Numbered from the stretch's first letter, positions 1 through 11,135 are shown. The stretch is 64,000 bases of DNA from an uncultured delta proteobacterium (GCA_963715335.1 CAVQRZ010000019.1:96001-160000); one strand, 5' to 3'. Notes: generated from the sequence alone by a model not told the origin. Numbers and translations are program-made.

Positions 1-125
1 CCGAAGGTCTTGCGACGGCCATCAGCCAGGACGATAGTGTGGCTGACGACCTTGCCATCGAAATAGATATTTGCCTTGCAGGCTGCAGTGACATTGGTAA
101 ATTTTTCGGGGGCTGTATAACTCAC
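1..125 (-). CDS. ppnP: Pyrimidine/purine nucleoside phosphorylase (DUF1255), 5' part only; runs off the window start
   Basis: Not in the ORF track. GTG at 125 after an AAGGAG RBS translates to [41 protein letters not shown], carrying the KANxYFDGKV-S motif of PpnP. Confidence 0.85.
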   Translation of the reverse strand, partial: MSYTAPEKFTNVTAACKANIYFDGKVVSHTIVLADGRRKTF

Positions 126-397
126 GATCGTCTCCTTGGCTCGCGATTGCAACTTCTGTGTGTGACCTTCTACAACACAGCCTAATCTTTGTCACGCGGA
201 AAACATTCCCGTCCCTGTCCTCTCGCATATTCAGGTGAAAAAATCCCGAGAGGTTCTTTCATCCGGAACAAACTACGGTATCCTGTAGCACAATGAGATC
301 ACAGGAAATGTCCAGCGTTCAGGGCTCTCCGGGGCGCTCGTCGTCAAAAAAAATCACGTACACAAAAAAAATGATTGACCTTCAAGGTAAATAATTA

Positions 398-422
398 TTA
401 ACTGACCAAAATGGTCATATAT
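398..422. promoter_or_regulatory. Palindromic operator-like site upstream of malate synthase
   Basis: TGACCA-AAA-TGGTCA perfect inverted repeat (403-417) in an AT-rich stretch, with TTGACC at 375-380. Confidence 0.5.
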
Positions 423-460
423 ACTGGCCTATCACAGCATCACATAGGGGGAGACATCAG

Positions 461-2377
461 ATGAGTAAAGCCGCAACGAGCAACCCGAGCACCAAACTGA
501 CTATCAGAGACCATCTCGCCGAAGAATATTCTGACATTTACACACCTGAAGCGCTGGCTGCGCTCGCTCACATGGCCCGGTTCGACCTTGAACAGAAACG
601 CCTGATGGACGAGCGCACCAAACGTCGCCTCGCCCGGATGCGCGATCGCCGACCAATCGGCTTTCTGCCGGCAAATAGCGAGATCAAGGGAACCGGGATC
701 CGTGTCCAGGCCGCCCGCGATGGCAACTTCGTCGGTGCGGTGATCCCGCACGACCTCCAGCGCCAGTGGCTGCAGGGCACAGGGCCCGCGGCCAAGCCGA
801 ATTCTCCGGTCAAGGCCAATCTCCGCAATGTCGCCTACGCTCTGCTCTCCGGTGCCGACGGCTGGATGTTCGATGGTGAAGATGCCCTGGGCCAGATCAC
901 CAACATGTCTCTCGATAACCTGCGCAGCCTCAAGCTGGCAATTGCCCGCGACCCGCAATTCCTCGAAGTCGCTGAGGCGGTCGCCGAAGAGATGAACGCC
1001 TGGGCGCGCGACTTCTTCGGTCGCGAGATTGTCTCTGACTGGCGCAAGCAGCTTGATTTCACCACCAAGATCTTCCGTGCCCGCGGCCTGCATCTCGATG
1101 ACCGCCACATCCGTCTGAATGGTGAATCGTTCTCTGCATCGATAACCGACATGACCCTGTACGTGGTCAACAATTATAAAGTCTTGCAGGCGGCCGGTTC
1201 TTCAATTGTCCTGTACCTGCCGAAAATCCAGACCGCCGAGGAAGCCGGGTTCTGGAACCGGCTGCTTACTGCACTGGAAAGTTACCTGGGGCTGGACCAG
1301 GGCACGATCAAGGTCTACGTGCTGGTGGAACAGCTTGAGCAAACCTTCCAGTTGATGGAAATCAGGGCCGCGCTCGGTTTGCATTTCGTCGGCTTCAACA
1401 CCGGCCGCTGGGATTATATCAACAGCGTCTCCGACGCCAACTGCTGGGATCCGGACTTCATCAATCCCAACATCGAATCGATCGTTATGACCTACGGCTA
1501 CATGCGCAACTATGAGGACCGCGTCCGCCGGGCCGTCAACACTCCGGACGCCAACGGCAACTTCGCCCTCTGGCAGGGCGGCATGGAGCCGAATATCCCG
1601 GTCGGTTCGAAAGAAGGTGTTGCCAGCAGCATGAAGAAGGCCAAGGCCGGTGCCGTACGAGAGCAGCAGGAAGGGGCCTGCGGCAAGTGGATCGCGCACT
1701 GGAAGATGGCCCACATCATCCGACCGGTCTGGGAGGAGGTCGGTGAAGACAACCAGAGCGGTCGCAAGTTCCCGCCCCTGACCTACACCGATGAGGACGC
1801 TGCCGGCCTGACCCTGCTCGAACCGGCTCCGCGCACGGTGCGTGGTGCCCGCAACCTGCTCAGCGTCGCCCTGCAATATGGCAACGCCTTCGGCCAGGGG
1901 ATGCAGGCCGCGGCACTCAAGCCTGCGGACTTTTTCGGCAATGACGATATTCTCTACCTGATGGAGGATATGGCGACCGGCGAGATTCGCCTGAGCATCC
2001 TGTGGGAGTGGATTCACAAAGGTGCCGCCCTCACCGAGGACGACCCTGCAACCGGCCTGAAGGCCGGCGATGTTTTCAGCGTGGGAATTTTCAACCGTCT
2101 GCTCGAGGAGGAATACGCCAAACTTCAGGCAGCGAGCAATCGCGATGTTCACGACAACTCCAAGGGAACCACCCTGCCGATTGCCCGCGCCATCGTCGAG
2201 GCCTATGTCCTCGATGACACCAAGGCCCCCTGGTACATCGACCTGTTGAATATCAATCTCAACAACCACGACCTCAATGTGGCCAAACAACGCATCAGCC
2301 GATATCTGGAGGCTTTCAAAAAAGAGGGCACTCGTATCACTGAAAATCTTGACACTTTGCCGGCCCAAGGCCGCTAG
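461..2377 (+). CDS. aceB: Malate synthase
   Basis: Motifs GWMFDGED, LYLPKIQTAEEA, GFNTGRWDYINS, LMEDMATGEI; directly upstream of isocitrate lyase. Confidence 0.92.
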   Translation: MSKAATSNPSTKLTIRDHLAEEYSDIYTPEALAALAHMARFDLEQKRLMDERTKRRLARMRDRRPIGFLPANSEIKGTGIRVQAARDGNFVGAVIPHDLQRQWLQGTGPAAKPNSPVKANLRNVAYALLSGADGWMFDGEDALGQITNMSLDNLRSLKLAIARDPQFLEVAEAVAEEMNAWARDFFGREIVSDWRKQLDFTTKIFRARGLHLDDRHIRLNGESFSASITDMTLYVVNNYKVLQAAGSSIVLYLPKIQTAEEAGFWNRLLTALESYLGLDQGTIKVYVLVEQLEQTFQLMEIRAALGLHFVGFNTGRWDYINSVSDANCWDPDFINPNIESIVMTYGYMRNYEDRVRRAVNTPDANGNFALWQGGMEPNIPVGSKEGVASSMKKAKAGAVREQQEGACGKWIAHWKMAHIIRPVWEEVGEDNQSGRKFPPLTYTDEDAAGLTLLEPAPRTVRGARNLLSVALQYGNAFGQGMQAAALKPADFFGNDDILYLMEDMATGEIRLSILWEWIHKGAALTEDDPATGLKAGDVFSVGIFNRLLEEEYAKLQAASNRDVHDNSKGTTLPIARAIVEAYVLDDTKAPWYIDLLNINLNNHDLNVAKQRISRYLEAFKKEGTRITENLDTLPAQGR

Positions 2378-2395
2378 GATAAACGGGAGAAACAA

Positions 2396-4651
2396 ATGAA
2401 CAGATTCGCTGAGGACGTCAAGGCAACCCGAGACTGGTTCGCCAACCCGCGCTTTGAGGGCATCCTGCGCCTCTATACGCCCGACCAGGTGGTCGAGCAG
2501 CGCGGGACCATCCCGGTTGACTACACGATTGCACGGGACGCCGCGGCAGCTTTCTACGACCGCCTGCGGGAGTTGTTCAACGCAGGCAAATCCATCACCA
2601 CCTTCGGCCCCTACTCGCCAGGCCAGGCCGTTTCCATCAAGCGTATGGGGATCGAAGGGATTTATCTCGGTGGCTGGGCAACCTCGGCCAAAGGCTCAGT
2701 CAATGAGGACCCCGGTCCCGATCTGGCCAGCTATCCCTTGAGTCAGGTCCCCGATGAGGCCGCGCCGTTGGTCAGGGCTCTCCTGGCTGCAGACCGCAAC
2801 CAGTACTTTCTGCGTCTGCGCATGAGTGAAAAAGACCGCGCCCGGGTGCCGGAAGTTGACTACCGGCCCTTCATTATCGCAGATGCCGACACCGGCCACG
2901 GCGGTGACGCCCACGTGCGCAACCTGGTCCGACGCTTCGTTGAAGTCGGTGTGCCGGGTTACCACATTGAAGACCAGAAACCGGGTGTGAAAAAGTGCGG
3001 CCACCAGGCCGGCAAGGTTCTGGTCCCGGTCGATGAGCAGATCAAGCGCCTCAACGCGGCACGCTTTCAGCTTGACGTCATGCGGGTGCCGGGGATCATC
3101 GTTGCCAGGACCGACGCCGAGGCGGCGACCTTCCTCGACGGCCGCGGCGATGAGCGCGATCATCGCTTCATCCTGGGCGCCACCAATACCAATATTCCCA
3201 ACTACAAGACGGCTTTCCTCGCCGTCATGCGCCGGTTCCACGCCAAAGGGGTTCCGGAGATCAACGGCCACCTGATGTACCGCATCTCCGACGAGGCCTA
3301 CGCCGCGGCTGATGAATGGCTGAACAAGAATGGCCTCTCCGCAGAAATCGACGCCGCGATCAAGGCGCTGCCTGAGCATAGCACCATCGTGATCAACGCC
3401 GCCCTCGATGATGCGGCAACCCGCCTGCTCGACCTCTGGCAGATGGAAGCCAGCATGAAGACCTACGGTGAAGCCGTTGCCGACGTCATGGCCTTCCACC
3501 TCGACGAGGGTGCCGAACTGCCGATGAGCGTCGAGGATTGGAACGCTTTCGTCGAACAGGCTTCTTTCGTCGAGGCGCGCCAGAAAGCCCGTTCCATGGG
3601 CTTCAATATCATCTGGAATTGCGATATCGCCCGCACCCCGGAAGGCTATTACCAGGTCAAGGGCGGCATCCCCTACGCTATCGCCAAGTCTCTGGCCGTA
3701 GCGCCCTTTGCCGATATCCTGTGGATGGAGACCAAGACCGCCGACCTCCACGATGCCAAGATCTTCGCCGACGCCATCCACGCGGTCTATCCGGACAAGA
3801 TGATGGCCTACAACCTCTCGCCATCTTTCAACTGGGACTCTACCGGCATGAGTGAAGAGGCAATGAGCGCCTTTCCAACGGAACTCGGCAAGATGGGCTT
3901 CGTCTTCAACTTCATTACCTACGGCGGTCACCAGGTCGACGGCATGGCCGGTGAAGAGTTTGCCCGCGCCCTCAAGGAGGACGGCATGCTCGCCCTGGCC
4001 CGCCTGCAGCGCAAGCTGAGGCTGGTCGACTCACCCTACAAGACCCCACAGACCTACGTTGGCGGCCCGCGCTCCGATGCCGGGTTGATGGCAGTATCCG
4101 GCGGCACCGCGACCACCAAGGCAATGGGCAAGGGTTCAACCCAGTACCAGCACCTGATCGAAACCGAAGTGCCGCCGAAGCGCCTGGAAGATTGGCTCAA
4201 GCACTGGGCCGGGCACTACAAACTGGACTCAGATCTGCGGGTCACGCTCAGACCGCACACGGCGGGTTCGGAGTTGCTCCAATTAACGGTCGTCGACAGC
4301 AAGAATGCGAAAATGGCGAACATCATCTTCGCCGTTCTGCAGGATCGTCGCGAGCGCAACATGCTCTCGATCCGCGACCAGAACACCTTCAACGAGGACT
4401 TCCGCAAGAAACGCCTGATGACCCTGATTACGCTGTTCCTGATCCATCGTTACAAGGCCGTGTCTGTCCACTATGTCACCCCGACCGAGGACAACCAGTT
4501 TCAGGCCGAGGGGATGCAGGGGCTTGGCCTGTACGAGGAGATCCGTACCGAGATCGGCGAGATCATCGTCGCCCAGGTCAACGCCGACCGGGTCAAAGAC
4601 CTGGTCAAGCCGGACAGCGAGGAGTTGAAGAAGCTGATTGCGAAAAGCTGA
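2396..4651 (+). CDS. aceA: Isocitrate lyase, long ICL2 type with a C-terminal GNAT-like domain
   Basis: Catalytic [22 protein letters not shown]; 751 aa with an extra C-terminal domain ([25 protein letters not shown]) resembling mycobacterial ICL2. Confidence 0.93.
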   Translation: MNRFAEDVKATRDWFANPRFEGILRLYTPDQVVEQRGTIPVDYTIARDAAAAFYDRLRELFNAGKSITTFGPYSPGQAVSIKRMGIEGIYLGGWATSAKGSVNEDPGPDLASYPLSQVPDEAAPLVRALLAADRNQYFLRLRMSEKDRARVPEVDYRPFIIADADTGHGGDAHVRNLVRRFVEVGVPGYHIEDQKPGVKKCGHQAGKVLVPVDEQIKRLNAARFQLDVMRVPGIIVARTDAEAATFLDGRGDERDHRFILGATNTNIPNYKTAFLAVMRRFHAKGVPEINGHLMYRISDEAYAAADEWLNKNGLSAEIDAAIKALPEHSTIVINAALDDAATRLLDLWQMEASMKTYGEAVADVMAFHLDEGAELPMSVEDWNAFVEQASFVEARQKARSMGFNIIWNCDIARTPEGYYQVKGGIPYAIAKSLAVAPFADILWMETKTADLHDAKIFADAIHAVYPDKMMAYNLSPSFNWDSTGMSEEAMSAFPTELGKMGFVFNFITYGGHQVDGMAGEEFARALKEDGMLALARLQRKLRLVDSPYKTPQTYVGGPRSDAGLMAVSGGTATTKAMGKGSTQYQHLIETEVPPKRLEDWLKHWAGHYKLDSDLRVTLRPHTAGSELLQLTVVDSKNAKMANIIFAVLQDRRERNMLSIRDQNTFNEDFRKKRLMTLITLFLIHRYKAVSVHYVTPTEDNQFQAEGMQGLGLYEEIRTEIGEIIVAQVNADRVKDLVKPDSEELKKLIAKS

Positions 4652-4673
4652 GTTAACCGGACAGGACTCAACG

Positions 4674-4713
4674 CAGAACACCGCTGGACAGAGGGTCCAG
4701 CGGTGTTCTTGTT
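4674..4713 (+). terminator. Intrinsic terminator-like hairpin after aceA
   Basis: AGAACACCGCTGGAC-agagg-GTCCAGCGGTGTTCT followed by TGTT. Confidence 0.7.
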
Positions 4714-4839
4714 ACCGGGTGCTTGCACAGAGCCGGGGGATGTCTCAGGATGCCCGATATAATCTGAGAACCATTGCGAGGGTTGGTTGCAATTCGGTTA
4801 GGCGCGCCTGGGACTTTACCGCTGATCGTGACCTGCAAG

Positions 4840-4878
4840 AAAAAAGCCCCACAGTTCTGGAGGTAGAGACTGTGGGGC
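4840..4878 (-). terminator. Intrinsic terminator with no upstream CDS (candidate sRNA 3' end)
   Basis: GCCCCACAGT/ACTGTGGGGC stem followed by a U6 tract on the minus strand. Confidence 0.55.
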
Positions 4879-5244
4879 AAGCTTTTCTATGTTTAGGAGG
4901 TTTTGAAGAAGATTATCTCTGACCCGCCTGCCACAGCAAGTCTTCGATGGTTGTCAATTTAGCGAATCCTGCAAGAAAAAGATACGTGGGGTTTCGTAAA
5001 CTTTACATCGATACCACACGAAACCGTACTGTGCAAAGGCGCATTACCGTGCTGCCGAGCAACAGTGATCAATAAACCCGTTCTCGTCGTCTCAGGATGA
5101 GTGCCTTCTGTGCGAGGCTAAATCCTGTGGCCTGTTTGGCTTTTTTGCCTTCAAGGCTTCCCTGAGACGACGAATCGTTTATAATGCCTGAATCTCGATC
5201 CGTGACTAACTGCATTCAGCCATAAATATTTTGGGAGCGCAAAG

Positions 5245-6327
5245 ATGTCCAGTTCTCTTGGTACCCTGTTTCGTGTCAGTACTTTTGGTGAATCCCATGG
5301 TGTCGGAGTCGGTGCGATTGTCGACGGTTGTCCGGCCGGTTTGCAGCTGTCCGAGTCTGACATCCAGCCGCAACTCGATCGCCGTCGGCCGGGGCAGAGT
5401 GATCTCACCACGCCACGCGAAGAAGCCGACCGCGTAACGATTCTTTCCGGGGTCGAAAACGGGCTGACTCTCGGCACTCCGATCGGCCTGCTGGTGCACA
5501 ACAAGGACCAGCGCCCCGGTGATTATGGCGAAATGGACCAGATTCCCCGCCCTTCGCATGCTGATTTTACTTACCAGGCCAAGTACGGCATTCGTGCCAG
5601 CAGTGGCGGTGGCCGGTCGAGTGCCCGCGAGACTATCGGCCGGGTGGCGGCCGGGGCGATCGCGGAAAAAATTCTGCGTGAGATGTGGGGTGTGGAGATC
5701 GTTGCCTGGGTCAGCTCTGTGGGTGCCGAAGAGGCCACTGATGTGGATGCTGACAACGTCAGCCGTGACCAGGTCGATGCCAACCTGTCGCGCTGCCCGG
5801 ACAACTCTTCGGCGGCCCGGATGGAGGCCCTGGTGCGCGAAGTCTTGGGGGCCAAGGATTCGGTCGGGGGCGTGGTCAGCTGCGTCTGCCGGCATCTTCC
5901 GGTCGGCTGGGGGGAGCCGGTATTCGACAAGCTCGAAGCCAAGCTCGCCCAGGCGATGCTGTCCCTGCCGGCGACCAAGGGCTTTGAGATCGGCTCCGGC
6001 TTCGCCGGGACCCGTTTGCGAGGTTCCCAGCACAATGACCCTTTCGTTCAGAAAGGCGACCGACTGGGTACGGTGACCAATTATGCCGGCGGCACCCTCG
6101 GCGGCATCTCCAGTGGTGAGCCGGTCCTGTTCCGGGTGGCCTTCAAGCCGGTGGCAACGATTGGTCGGTCACAACAGACGGTCGATTTCAAAGGCAAGCC
6201 GGTGACCCTGGAGGCTAAGGGCCGGCACGACCCGTGTGTGGTGCCGCGCGCCGTGCCGATCGTCGAATCGATGGCGGCACTGGTGCTGCTCGATTTAGCG
6301 CTGAGACAGAAGGTCCGAGGCGTGTAG
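5245..6327 (+). CDS. aroC: Chorismate synthase
   Basis: [34 protein letters not shown] motifs. Confidence 0.97.
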   Translation: MSSSLGTLFRVSTFGESHGVGVGAIVDGCPAGLQLSESDIQPQLDRRRPGQSDLTTPREEADRVTILSGVENGLTLGTPIGLLVHNKDQRPGDYGEMDQIPRPSHADFTYQAKYGIRASSGGGRSSARETIGRVAAGAIAEKILREMWGVEIVAWVSSVGAEEATDVDADNVSRDQVDANLSRCPDNSSAARMEALVREVLGAKDSVGGVVSCVCRHLPVGWGEPVFDKLEAKLAQAMLSLPATKGFEIGSGFAGTRLRGSQHNDPFVQKGDRLGTVTNYAGGTLGGISSGEPVLFRVAFKPVATIGRSQQTVDFKGKPVTLEAKGRHDPCVVPRAVPIVESMAALVLLDLALRQKVRGV

Positions 6328-6364
6328 CGCGAGGCGTGATGAGTTTTTACATCAAAATCTTTGT

Positions 6365-6464
6365 TTCACGCTAAGACGTAGAGGGAAGCAAAGCATCTTT
6401 TGGCTAAATGCAGATCTTTCTTCGCGCCTTTGCGTCTTGAGCGAGCAAATCGAACGGGCGTGAT
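6365..6464. repeat. Imperfect palindromic intergenic repeat built on (C)AAAGACGC-like units
   Basis: TCACGCTAAGACGTAGAGG...CCTTTGCGTCTTGAGCG...GCGTGA arms between aroC and recQ. Confidence 0.5.
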
Positions 6465-6537
6465 AACCGCCTTTGTTCTGCTTGAATTGTAATGCAATGG
6501 GCGTTTCCTGCGTTCCACGTCGAGGGCTGTTGCTTCC

Positions 6538-8343
6538 ATGACAAAATCAATTGATCCTCGCCAGACCCTGCAAGAGGTGTTTGGCTATTCCGAATTCCGT
6601 CCGCACCAGGAACCCATCATCACAAGCCTGATCGAAGGCCGCGATGCGTTTGTCCTGATGCCGACCGGCGGCGGCAAGTCGCTCTGTTACCAGGTTCCAG
6701 CCCTGCATCGCGACGGGGTCGCAATTATCGTGTCGCCCCTGATCTCACTGATGAAGGACCAGGTCGATGCGTTGGTCGTCAACGGTGTCCGGGCGGCATT
6801 CTATAATTCCTCTCTCAAGGCTGAAGAAGCACGCAAAATTCTCGCCCAACTGCATGCCAGGCAACTGGACCTGCTCTACGTTGCTCCGGAGCGGCTGTTG
6901 AGCAATGATTTCCTCGAGCGGCTGCGTGGCCTGGAGATCGCTCTGTTTGCGATTGACGAGGCGCACTGTGTGTCCCAGTGGGGTCACGACTTCCGGCCCG
7001 AGTATGTGCAACTGGGGCAGCTGCGCAGGCATTTCCCCAAAGTGCCGATGATCGGCCTGACCGCCACGGCTGACCCACAGACCCGGCAGGATATACTGCA
7101 CAAACTTGGTCTGCAGCAAGCCGAGTGTTTTGTCACCGGGTTCGACCGGCCGAATATCCGTTACACGGTTGTCGAAAAACAGAAGCCATTCGATCAGCTG
7201 CAGGCTTTTCTTGCCAATCATCGCGGCGAAGCAGGGATCGTTTATGCCTTGTCGCGCAAGCGGGTCGAAGAGGTGGCTGAGCGATTGGCTGCGTCCGGAG
7301 TCAGGGCACGGGCCTACCATGCCGGCCTGGGCGACAAGGAGCGTAAAACGGTCCAGGAGATGTTCCTGCGCGACGACATCGAAATCGTCGTCGCAACAGT
7401 CGCCTTCGGGATGGGTATCGACAAGCCGAATGTCCGCTTCGTGGTGCACTACGACCTGCCGAAAAACATCGAGAGTTATTATCAGGAAACCGGTCGCTCC
7501 GGACGCGACGGTTTACCGGCGGAAGCGTTGTTGCTGTTCGGCTATGGGGATATCGCTATCTGTCGCGGCCTGATTGAAAAGGGCGGCAACCCGGAACAGA
7601 AACGCATCGAACTACACAAGCTGCAGGCGATGGTCGGTTTCGGCGAGGCCCAGACCTGCCGTCGGCGGGTGTTGCTTGGCTATTTTGGTGAGCGGCTCGA
7701 GCAAGACTGCGGCAATTGCGATGTCTGCCTCAATCCACCGGAGAGCTACGACGCGACAGTCGATGCACAGAAGGCGCTCTCCTGCGTCTTCCGGGTCGGG
7801 CAGCGCTTCGGCGTCGGTCATGTGGTCGATGTCCTGCGCGGCGCGCATACCCAGCGCGTACTTGATCTCGGCCACGACCAGCTATCAACTTACGGGATCG
7901 GCGCCGAAAAGGTCGCCGAAGCCTGGAACAGTCTGATCCGACAGTTGATCCATCGCGGCTACCTGGTGCAGGACGTTGCCGCTTACTCGGTGTTGAAACT
8001 CACCGGAGCGGCTCGCCCGCTTTTACGCGGCGAGGAAAAGTTGTTGCTGGCGAAGCCACGGATCAAGGTGAAACCCTTGCAGAAGAAGGGTCGGATCCAG
8101 GTTGGTGACTTTGATTACGATGACGACCTCTTTGAGCTTTTGCGCATGCGGCGGAAAAGAATCGCTGACGCCGCAGGGGTCCCGCCTTACGTCATCTTCG
8201 CTGATGCGACGCTGGCGGAGATGGCGGCAAAAATGCCGACTGATGAAGAGGCTATGATGGCGATCAACGGTGTCGGCAAACACAAGCTGCGCAGGTTCGG
8301 TGCCGAGTTTATAGATGAGATTGTCGGTTATATGTGCCGCTGA
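6538..8343 (+). CDS. recQ: ATP-dependent DNA helicase RecQ
   Basis: [27 protein letters not shown], Zn site CRR..CGNCDVC, RQC and HRDC domains. Confidence 0.97.
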   Translation: MTKSIDPRQTLQEVFGYSEFRPHQEPIITSLIEGRDAFVLMPTGGGKSLCYQVPALHRDGVAIIVSPLISLMKDQVDALVVNGVRAAFYNSSLKAEEARKILAQLHARQLDLLYVAPERLLSNDFLERLRGLEIALFAIDEAHCVSQWGHDFRPEYVQLGQLRRHFPKVPMIGLTATADPQTRQDILHKLGLQQAECFVTGFDRPNIRYTVVEKQKPFDQLQAFLANHRGEAGIVYALSRKRVEEVAERLAASGVRARAYHAGLGDKERKTVQEMFLRDDIEIVVATVAFGMGIDKPNVRFVVHYDLPKNIESYYQETGRSGRDGLPAEALLLFGYGDIAICRGLIEKGGNPEQKRIELHKLQAMVGFGEAQTCRRRVLLGYFGERLEQDCGNCDVCLNPPESYDATVDAQKALSCVFRVGQRFGVGHVVDVLRGAHTQRVLDLGHDQLSTYGIGAEKVAEAWNSLIRQLIHRGYLVQDVAAYSVLKLTGAARPLLRGEEKLLLAKPRIKVKPLQKKGRIQVGDFDYDDDLFELLRMRRKRIADAAGVPPYVIFADATLAEMAAKMPTDEEAMMAINGVGKHKLRRFGAEFIDEIVGYMCR

Positions 8344-8370
8344 CGTTTGCTACGCCATCTGTTCCACCAG

Positions 8371-8943
8371 TCAGGTGCGCAGGCTGTAGGAACGCTGAAG
8401 AGCAAGTGGCCGCTTTGTTATGGCCATCTCAGGGCCGGAGGAACTGGCGAAGCGGATGTTTTCAACGGTGTAGGTGGCTTGGGGGTTGTGCTGGCGGATC
8501 AGCGCGATGACCTCTGGCAACTGCTTGCGGCGTACGATGGTGAACAGGACCATCACCTGGCCGTGCCCTCCTTCGGCATCGATTCTGGTGACGTTGTAAG
8601 CCGCACCGCGCATAGCTTCGACCAGAGTGCTTGCGTCGCGCTGGGTTATGATCCTGATGACAAGCGTACCAAGGGCGATTTTCTCTTCCAGCCAGATGCC
8701 AACGACGTTGCCGCTGGCAAAGCCACCGGCAAAGGCAAGGTAAGCGGCCCAGCTGTTGACATTGTTCATAACCTGGCTGATCGCGATGATCCAGATCAGC
8801 GATTCGAAAAAACCAATCAATGCAGACAGCGTTTTCAACCCCCGAGTGAGGAAGATAATCCGCATCGTCCCTATGGAAACATCGATGACTCGAGCACAGA
8901 AAATCGCTAATAAAATGATCAGTGTCGACTCGTTTATCTCCAT
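8371..8943 (-). CDS. UPF0316 / DUF5698-DUF2179 membrane protein
   Basis: Three N-terminal TM segments (RVIDVSIGTMR, GFFESLIW, GFASGNVVG) plus a small C-terminal alpha/beta domain (VTRIDAEGG). Confidence 0.8.
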   Translation of the reverse strand: MEINESTLIILLAIFCARVIDVSIGTMRIIFLTRGLKTLSALIGFFESLIWIIAISQVMNNVNSWAAYLAFAGGFASGNVVGIWLEEKIALGTLVIRIITQRDASTLVEAMRGAAYNVTRIDAEGGHGQVMVLFTIVRRKQLPEVIALIRQHNPQATYTVENIRFASSSGPEMAITKRPLALQRSYSLRT

Positions 8944-9450
8944 TCAGAAACCCTCTTGGTCATCCTTGCGACGCAGTCTCTTTATGCGTGCATGAACACC
9001 GTGTTGCAGGCTGGTGAATACTGATTCAAGGAGGTTGACACCGACCAGAATTCCGACCGTCAATATCGCGACAACGATAGCCGCAACGTTGCGGTCCTCC
9101 CCCGCCAGGACGCCGATTGCTGCAAGGACCCAGATGGTCGCTGCTGAGGTGACTCCCAACACAGAACCTTCACGGGTCAGAATAACCCCTGCGCCGAGAA
9201 AACCGATGCCGGTGACCACCTGGCCGACGACCCGCGACGGGTCGCCGAAGCTGCCGGCCACAGAACCACCGACCGCAACAAAAACATAGGTTCCCATGCA
9301 GATCAGGGTGCTGGTGCGAATCCCGGCAGGCTTGCCACAGAGCTGGCGTTCGAGACCCACAATGGCGCCGCAGAGAAAGGTTGTGATCAGGCCGCTCAAA
9401 CGCAAGGGTTCGATTGCCAGCTCAAACTGCTGAATGAGACTCAGGTCCAC
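8944..9450 (-). CDS. MgtC/SapB family membrane protein
   Basis: GLER..KPAGIRT, RVVGQVVTGIGFLGAG, GVTSAATIW; likely GTG start at 9450 after AAGGA (track start 9495). Confidence 0.88.
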   Translation of the reverse strand: MDLSLIQQFELAIEPLRLSGLITTFLCGAIVGLERQLCGKPAGIRTSTLICMGTYVFVAVGGSVAGSFGDPSRVVGQVVTGIGFLGAGVILTREGSVLGVTSAATIWVLAAIGVLAGEDRNVAAIVVAILTVGILVGVNLLESVFTSLQHGVHARIKRLRRKDDQEGF

Positions 9451-9537
9451 GGGCTGTTCCTTCTCCATGCGCTCAAAAGAGCGATGAGCCGCCAAAGACT
9501 GCGTTGATTCTGCCCCTTAAACGCAGGATTTTCCGTT

Positions 9538-10635
9538 TCAGCCCCCCGTCTTTCTGGCATTGGCCACCTGCAATGGTACTTCTGCGGGCAGCTGCTGCTG
9601 GACATTGACGTAGGTGTAGGTCTCCCCCAGGTAATTTTTCAAAATAACCTCGTTGCCGAGACTCTGCAGGTAGTCCGGCAGGATTGGAATCTTGCCGCCG
9701 CCGCCGGGGGCATCGATGACGTAGGCTGGCACGCCTAAACCCGAGGTGTGGCCACGCAGGGCACGGATGATCTCGATCCCTTCCTCGACGCTGGTCCGGA
9801 AGTGGTCGGTCCCCTGGACCATGTCGGCCTGATAGATGTAGTAAGGGCGGACACGGATGGCAAGGAGCCTCTGCATCAGACGTTTCATCACTACCGGGTC
9901 GTCATTGACACCGCGCAGCAGGACAGTCTGGTTGCCGAGCGGGATGCCGGCATCGGCCAGGCGGGCGCAGGCCTTGGCCGAGGTCTCGGTAATCTCGTCC
10001 GGGTGGTTGAAGTGGGTATTGAGATAGATCGGCTGGTGCTTGCGCAACACGCGGATCAGCCCCATGGTGATGCGCTGCGGCAGGACCACGGGAATGCGGC
10101 TGCCGATGCGGATGATCTCTATGTGCGGGATGGCGCGCAATTCCGTCAATATCCAGTCAAGTTTTTCGTCTGCGAGCAGCAGCGGGTCGCCGCCGGAGAC
10201 GATGACGTCGCGGATCTCCTGGTGCTCACGTAGATAAGCGAGACCGCGCTCGAGGGTATCGCGGTTGATCAGCATGTTCTCGCCACCGACCTTGCGCTTG
10301 CGGGTGCAGAAGCGGCAGTACATGGCACATTCGGAGCAGACCAGGAACAGGGCCCGGTCCGGGTAACGGTGCACCAGGTTGGGCACCGGGCTCTGGTTTT
10401 CCTCCTCGAGCGGGTCGGCATAACAGACCGAATCGTGGACCTCTTTTTCAGAAGGGACCGCCTGCCGCCAGATCGGATCGTCAACTTCCTTGATCAGTCC
10501 CAGGTAATATGGGTTGACCCGCATCGGGTACTGTTCGGCAACCTCTTCGAGGGGCTGCGGGTCGATGCCGTACTTGCGAGTCAAATCGCCTGGTTTGGTG
10601 GTGCTTGCTTGCAGAAGTTTCTGCCATGTTTCCAT
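9538..10635 (-). CDS. kamA: KamA-family radical SAM/PLP 2,3-aminomutase (lysine 2,3-aminomutase-like)
   Basis: HRYPDR, CAMYCRFC, SGGDPL, NTHFNHP, GNQTVLLRGVND, PLP-lysine loop YVIDAPGGGGKIP. Confidence 0.88.
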   Translation of the reverse strand: METWQKLLQASTTKPGDLTRKYGIDPQPLEEVAEQYPMRVNPYYLGLIKEVDDPIWRQAVPSEKEVHDSVCYADPLEEENQSPVPNLVHRYPDRALFLVCSECAMYCRFCTRKRKVGGENMLINRDTLERGLAYLREHQEIRDVIVSGGDPLLLADEKLDWILTELRAIPHIEIIRIGSRIPVVLPQRITMGLIRVLRKHQPIYLNTHFNHPDEITETSAKACARLADAGIPLGNQTVLLRGVNDDPVVMKRLMQRLLAIRVRPYYIYQADMVQGTDHFRTSVEEGIEIIRALRGHTSGLGVPAYVIDAPGGGGKIPILPDYLQSLGNEVILKNYLGETYTYVNVQQQLPAEVPLQVANARKTGG

Positions 10636-10660
10636 TGCCGGGATTCTCCTTTGTCTGCGA

Positions 10661-11125
10661 TCAGAAGCGTTTGACGTAGGTTAGGCGGTCGTCGCCGGGC
10701 TTGTAGAAGTCGCGGATGCACGATTCTTCGATGTAGCCCGCCTTTTCATAAAACGACCTGGTTCGCAGGTAGCCTCCCTGCGAAGAGGTCTCCAGGCAGA
10801 GCAGCCGGCCGCCGCGCTTGATCACCTGGTCTTCGACATGCTTCATCAGCCGCCGGCCGACGCCGCTCCCCTGAGTGCCGGGGTCGACGGCGATCCAGTA
10901 AAGGTCGTAATTCCCCTCGGTCATTGGCACCGGCCCAAACAACACGTAGCCGGCAACGCGGTCGCCGATATCCGCCACGGCCACCTCGTAGTCCTGCTGG
11001 AGAGGATCGTTGGCGACCGTTTCCAGAAGTTCAACGGCAACAGTCACCTCGGCATCCGTGAAGGCGCCGGTGGCAATCAGGATCTCCTCCAGCATGGGGA
11101 TGTCATCGTGTCTCAGTTTGCGCAT
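10661..11125 (-). CDS. GNAT N-acetyltransferase
   Basis: LYWIAVDPGTQGSGVGRRL acetyl-CoA motif A, ETSS, RSFYEKAGY; ATG at 11125 after GAGG. Confidence 0.88.
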   Translation of the reverse strand: MRKLRHDDIPMLEEILIATGAFTDAEVTVAVELLETVANDPLQQDYEVAVADIGDRVAGYVLFGPVPMTEGNYDLYWIAVDPGTQGSGVGRRLMKHVEDQVIKRGGRLLCLETSSQGGYLRTRSFYEKAGYIEESCIRDFYKPGDDRLTYVKRF

Positions 11126-11135
11126 GTCAGTAGCC

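Noticed and set aside
22..228. 68-aa ORF in the track
   Set aside because: Wrong frame; the real gene is ppnP, starting at 125 in another frame
1202..3931. Long antisense ORFs (397 and 411 aa) and similar shadows opposite rho, murA, the MCP and mnmH
   Set aside because: Antisense shadows of GC3-rich genes; no motifs or RBS
9538..10635. Calling the aminomutase EpmB or glutamate 2,3-aminomutase
   Set aside because: No efp/epmA nearby, and both substrate-binding Asp residues of the lysine-type enzyme are present
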